From a virus (taxonomy: Duplodnaviria; Caudoviricetes): a stretch of DNA of 64,000 nucleotides. The notes beneath the pieces were generated by a model. It did no database searches and had not been told where the DNA came from. It worked only from the letters and a program-made list of their open reading frames with translations. Positions 59,988-64,000 of the stretch are shown here, one piece after another. The position numbers and the translations under genes are program-made. Location: positions 1,803-65,802 of IMG/VR virus record IMGVR_UViG_3300032240_002419. One strand, given 5' to 3'. Positions within the stretch are counted from its first letter, which is position 1. Every line of letters begins with the position of its first letter.

Positions 59988-61787
59988 TCAAGAGTATTTT
60001 AGGTCGGGCGTCAAAGACCTACCCACATTCGCTCGTGAAAGCCTGTCAAAAGCCAGTCTTTGTTTTAGCTGAATGTTGGTCGCTTTACGCTTCTGTTGTA
60101 CCGTCATACCCCCAAACCCAAACCGCTGTCTACACAATTCTATCAAAATCATAGCGGCATCAGCCAAATCGGGAGATTCTCCAGTTCTGGCCTTCATGTC
60201 CGTTTTAGTCTCCACGACCATTCGTAAACCCACTCCCTTTTGAGTCGCGTACTTTCTACTGCACATTTCTTTGGCCAGTTCCCGGTCAATTCCTTTGAGC
60301 TGATTGGTGCGTATTAATTCTTTGGCCCCAAACCATAGCTCAGTCACCCTATTCACGTATCGGTCGCTCGACAAAGTGGCATCTGTGATGGACACGGGCA
60401 AATCGCTGGCTTTTCCGCCAAACTGAACTCCAAGGACTTCGGGCGACCACATCATGGACACAACATCGCCAAACGGACCTCCAGCCCCAGACTTATCGTA
60501 GGCCGCGCAAAAAGGTTCCACGCCCTCTTCGTCGCACAACTCTTTGAATTGCTGCACAATTTGTTCTGTACGAGTTTTTTTCCGATTGGTCACGTCATCC
60601 CTGAGAAGCTCTCGATGCGTGTACATGAGTGTGGGTATGCCTTCTCGGGACACTCCAAAAAGACCAAACTGAACCGGGGTTCTGTCTCCCCCGTTGGTGA
60701 AGGCGGGATCAAGAGCGGCTACCTTGGTTGGAGGCTCGATCCAAATAGCGTCTTGATCAGCTCCGGAAGCGATAATTTCAGTCTCGGAGTAAATGTTGTC
60801 GTCCTCTCCCGTAGGAGCCCAATATCCGCGAAACATTCGATAGTAGGCCAAGGAGTTGTCCCCGAAGCGAACTTTTGCTTCGTCCAGCTTGGCCTGAGTA
60901 ACAATCCATGGGTACAGCAATTTACCCGTGAGTACGTTGGGACTCTTTTCCCCGTCAAAACGAATGCACAAGCCGCGCTCCGTCTCCCACTCTTCCTCCA
61001 ACGGGCTTATTGATTGCCATCCGTTTTTGGGCTTGGAGAGAATTCCAAAGGCGTCAAAACGACTGGCCGGATTGCCGATACCGATAAATTGAAATTCTGG
61101 ATTGAGGGAAAGGTTGCTGGCGGATGCTTCCAAAATCGACTCGGAAAGTTCGGGCATTTCGTCCGCAATGACAATGACGCGGTTGTTTTTGAAACCGATC
61201 AATTTACCCACGGCCTCTTTTTCTTTTTTCTTTTCCGCCGCGATCAGCGTTATCCCGCACTTGTCCGAAGTACCTCCGGTGCCGTCGTCAAATCGAATGA
61301 GTCCCATGGAGTCCACAAGCTTGCCGGGAAGTGGGGGAGCAGCCTGCCAGTAGTCTCGAATAGATCCCCAAATACGTTTGCGAGAGTCTTTGAGAGTCGT
61401 GGAAGTGACAAGCACCATGGTCTCGTACGGCGCGGTAATGAAATTCACAATCGCCCAGACGGCGTAGAAATCGGTCTTGCCGGAACTGGCGCAACCCGCC
61501 ACAGCTAAATACTTGTTCTCACATGAAGCGTCCAGCATACGCTCTGCCCACGGATGCCAGACAAATGGCTTGGGGCCGTCTTCGGGCCAAAGTGCCGAGA
61601 CGATTCGTTTGAAGTGCTCCGCCTTTGGGAGTCCACCTTTATCAACAGGAACGGGATTCCGAAACGAGTAGAGTTCGCGATTGAACTGGTCGATGGATTT
61701 CTTCCACCAGCGACCGTACTGATACTCTTTGTCCGAAACGTCTACAATCCGTCCGTCCGAAGTTTTTACTTTCCGTGGGGCTACCAT
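59988..61787 (-). CDS. terL: terminase large subunit
   Basis: Walker A GCASSGKT, Walker B IVIADE, GNP, nuclease LDPA..GGD, SPDLADA. Confidence 0.9.
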   Translation of the reverse strand: MVAPRKVKTSDGRIVDVSDKEYQYGRWWKKSIDQFNRELYSFRNPVPVDKGGLPKAEHFKRIVSALWPEDGPKPFVWHPWAERMLDASCENKYLAVAGCASSGKTDFYAVWAIVNFITAPYETMVLVTSTTLKDSRKRIWGSIRDYWQAAPPLPGKLVDSMGLIRFDDGTGGTSDKCGITLIAAEKKKEKEAVGKLIGFKNNRVIVIADEMPELSESILEASASNLSLNPEFQFIGIGNPASRFDAFGILSKPKNGWQSISPLEEEWETERGLCIRFDGEKSPNVLTGKLLYPWIVTQAKLDEAKVRFGDNSLAYYRMFRGYWAPTGEDDNIYSETEIIASGADQDAIWIEPPTKVAALDPAFTNGGDRTPVQFGLFGVSREGIPTLMYTHRELLRDDVTNRKKTRTEQIVQQFKELCDEEGVEPFCAAYDKSGAGGPFGDVVSMMWSPEVLGVQFGGKASDLPVSITDATLSSDRYVNRVTELWFGAKELIRTNQLKGIDRELAKEMCSRKYATQKGVGLRMVVETKTDMKARTGESPDLADAAMILIELCRQRFGFGGMTVQQKRKATNIQLKQRLAFDRLSRANVGRSLTPDLKYS

Positions 61788-61891
61788 GAAAGCTTCCTAT
61801 ACACCATTCTTGAAACAAAATGCAAGCACATCCAACTTTTCGGTTGACGAACGACATCAAGTATCACCATACTCCCCTTACCTTAAATTTT

Positions 61892-63058
61892 ATGAAAACC
61901 ATCAAGTCGTTTGAATATCCGTTTATTCATGCCACTCCGTTTGGCAAAGTAAAAATCTACCGGAACTCTGAGGGAGCCCGCACAAGGTACATTGTGGCGT
62001 GGATAGATCCTGATCAGGGCCGTCAGCGCAAGGCCTACGAATCCGAAGCGCAGGCGCATCAACGAGCGAAAGAAATCGTGGAAGACCTCAAGCGAGGCGT
62101 GACTTTCCGAAACAAGATCTCTGCGGCCAGCGCGGTGAAGCTGGCCGAATACGAGAGTTTGCTCAAGGAGCGGGGGGCAACTCTTGGAGACGCAGTCAAG
62201 CACTATTTAGAATTCCTAGACCGAAAGGCAGCCCAGAAGATCCTGTCATGTGACGCCGTCACAAAGTATCTGGACAGCATGGAGGACAAAGCCAGCCGCC
62301 ATTACGAAACGGCCAAACATGTGTTAATAAAATTTGGTCGTTTTTTTAACGGATCACTGTGCTCCATAACCGTGACTGAGCTGGACAGCTACCTCAAGGG
62401 ATTATCGAAAAGTGGACGCACTCGAAACAATCATCTTGGGTATCTTAAGACTTTTTTCAAATGGGCTCAGGAGTGGGGTGGCTATATGCCGGAGGGCTCC
62501 ATGCCCATAAACAAAATCAAACTGTACGAGGAAGAGACGATCAAAATAGAAGTCTTCACGCCCGAAGAAATTCACACACTCCTGTCGGCAGCAGACCAGA
62601 ACCTCAGACCCTATTTGGCCATCGGAGCTTTCGCCGGAGTGCGGTGCGCGGAGATTGAGCGTCTGTCTTGGGAAGACTTGGACTTTGAGACCAAAACCAT
62701 CAAGCTGTCGGCTTCGGTCACAAAGACCAAAAGACGCAGGTTGGTCACGATGCCGGACAATTTGATAGAGTGGCTTAAGCTTCACCCCCAGCCTTTGTCG
62801 GGGCCCATAGTTCCCAAGCCCAACAGATTGACCGCAGAAAGGGCTCAGTTGTGTAAAACAACCGGGGTCACGTGGAAAGACAACGTTCTTCGGAAAAGCT
62901 TTATCTCCTACCGCATGGCGCAATCGGACTCGGATGCCATTCAGGTCTCCAAACAATGTGGTAATAGCCCGGCCATGGTTGAGGAGCATTACAAAGAGCT
63001 GGTATCCCCAAAAGCCGCAGACCGATGGTTTTCACTTTATCCTTCCAGTACCAAATAA
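61892..63058 (+). CDS. int: tyrosine recombinase / integrase
   Basis: GVRCAEI (R), TKT (K), NVLRKSFISY, GNSP..HY. Confidence 0.9.
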   Translation: MKTIKSFEYPFIHATPFGKVKIYRNSEGARTRYIVAWIDPDQGRQRKAYESEAQAHQRAKEIVEDLKRGVTFRNKISAASAVKLAEYESLLKERGATLGDAVKHYLEFLDRKAAQKILSCDAVTKYLDSMEDKASRHYETAKHVLIKFGRFFNGSLCSITVTELDSYLKGLSKSGRTRNNHLGYLKTFFKWAQEWGGYMPEGSMPINKIKLYEEETIKIEVFTPEEIHTLLSAADQNLRPYLAIGAFAGVRCAEIERLSWEDLDFETKTIKLSASVTKTKRRRLVTMPDNLIEWLKLHPQPLSGPIVPKPNRLTAERAQLCKTTGVTWKDNVLRKSFISYRMAQSDSDAIQVSKQCGNSPAMVEEHYKELVSPKAADRWFSLYPSSTK

Positions 63059-63114
63059 AAATTTATGTTGCCCACATACCAACTACTTTAGTACATCACT
63101 TACTTTTCCGGCTT

Positions 63115-63669
63115 ATGATCGACTACTCATACGAAATCAACTACTGGGGAGATTGCTGCAACACTTTTGAAGAAGACCAAAAGCACTACACCTATGCAAA
63201 GTTCATGGGACTTGTGAGAACGGGAACATATTTTGATGGGGCAGGAAAAAAAATTTTAGATGTCGGCGGAGGGCCGTCTTCAATGCTTTTAAAATGCCAA
63301 AACCTTCGTGAAGGAAAAGTCATTGATCCAATTGCTTATCCAAAATGGACAATTGAAAGGTACACATACAAAAACATATCTGTGCAGATAGACTTGGCAG
63401 AAAACATGCAGGAATCCGGATGGGATGAAGTATGGATTTACAATTGTTTACAACATGTATTAGATCCTAAAAAAATTATAGAAAAAGCTAAACTGGCCGC
63501 CCCTGTTCTTAGAATATTTGAATGGGTAGATATTCCAGCTCATGCTGGTCACCCACAGGAACTAACCGAAGAAAAATTAAACGGATGGATAGGATCAACG
63601 GGATCTTTAGTACAATTGGACGAAAACGGATGTGTAGGAAAAGCTTATTTTAATATTAAACTTCAATGA
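63115..63669 (+). CDS. class I SAM-dependent methyltransferase
   Basis: [23 protein letters not shown]. Confidence 0.8.
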   Translation: MIDYSYEINYWGDCCNTFEEDQKHYTYAKFMGLVRTGTYFDGAGKKILDVGGGPSSMLLKCQNLREGKVIDPIAYPKWTIERYTYKNISVQIDLAENMQESGWDEVWIYNCLQHVLDPKKIIEKAKLAAPVLRIFEWVDIPAHAGHPQELTEEKLNGWIGSTGSLVQLDENGCVGKAYFNIKLQ

Positions 63670-64000
63670 AACATCGATTTCACGTGTTAGGGGTTCCCCA
63701 CACCGTTTCCAGTAAAGACTATGTAGCCTGCGCGTTCACCCAAAAGGTGGTGAAGTTTTGCGAGATGATGCACGCGAGAGGTCACGAGATCATTCACTAT
63801 GGGCACGCTGATAGCACGGTAGCCTGTACCGAAAACGTTGCTGTAACAACAAACGCGGATCTGGAGGCCGCTTACGGAACCTACGATTGGAAGAATAACC
63901 AATTCAAGTTCGACGTAAAGGATGCGGCTTACCAAGCGTTTTATTCCAACTCGATCACCGAGATCGCCAAGCGCAAAAAACCCTTGGACTTCCTGCTGTG
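63666..64000 (+). CDS. glycosyltransferase (GT-B/GT4-like) N-terminus, truncated by window
   Basis: ATGA overlap; [34 protein letters not shown]; open to window end. Confidence 0.65.
   Translation, partial: MKHRFHVLGVPHTVSSKDYVACAFTQKVVKFCEMMHARGHEIIHYGHADSTVACTENVAVTTNADLEAAYGTYDWKNNQFKFDVKDAAYQAFYSNSITEIAKRKKPLDFLL

Overview
The window is most of a ~GC-balanced tailed dsDNA phage genome (Caudoviricetes, podovirus-like: no tape-measure protein, a giant internal/ejection protein), probably temperate. It carries a tyrosine integrase and a family A polymerase with Leu at the E. coli 762 position. A Verrucomicrobia-type host is suggested, not proven, by SD-less A/C-rich leaders and the integrase motif variants. 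Layout: (i) 1-9.1 kb (+) nucleotide metabolism and replication: deaminase, dNMP kinase, SNF2 helicase, Cas4-like/DUF2800 nuclease, SSB-like protein, PolA, primase-helicase. (ii) 9.7-11.2 kb non-coding control region: a four-hairpin ncRNA candidate, nested GGGGGAGTGA inverted repeats (likely origin), a G4-capable tract, and a ~330-nt densely structured leader RNA. (iii) 11.2-27.2 kb (+) early/accessory genes: a MoxR-VWA trio, a histone-fold-like protein and many small basic proteins. A TerS-like gene and a three-gene island lie on the opposite strand. (iv) 27.2-61.8 kb (-) morphogenesis: TerL, portal, scaffold, MCP, three G-X-T collagen fibres, lysis cassette, repeat spike, 2951-aa polyvalent protein. 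(v) 61.9-64 kb (+) integrase, SAM methyltransferase and the start of a glycosyltransferase. Best novelty candidates: the set of structured non-coding RNAs, the histone-like/basic-protein cluster, and possible phage-encoded glycosylation of Thr-collagen fibres. All family names come from motif recognition by eye; no database searches were run.
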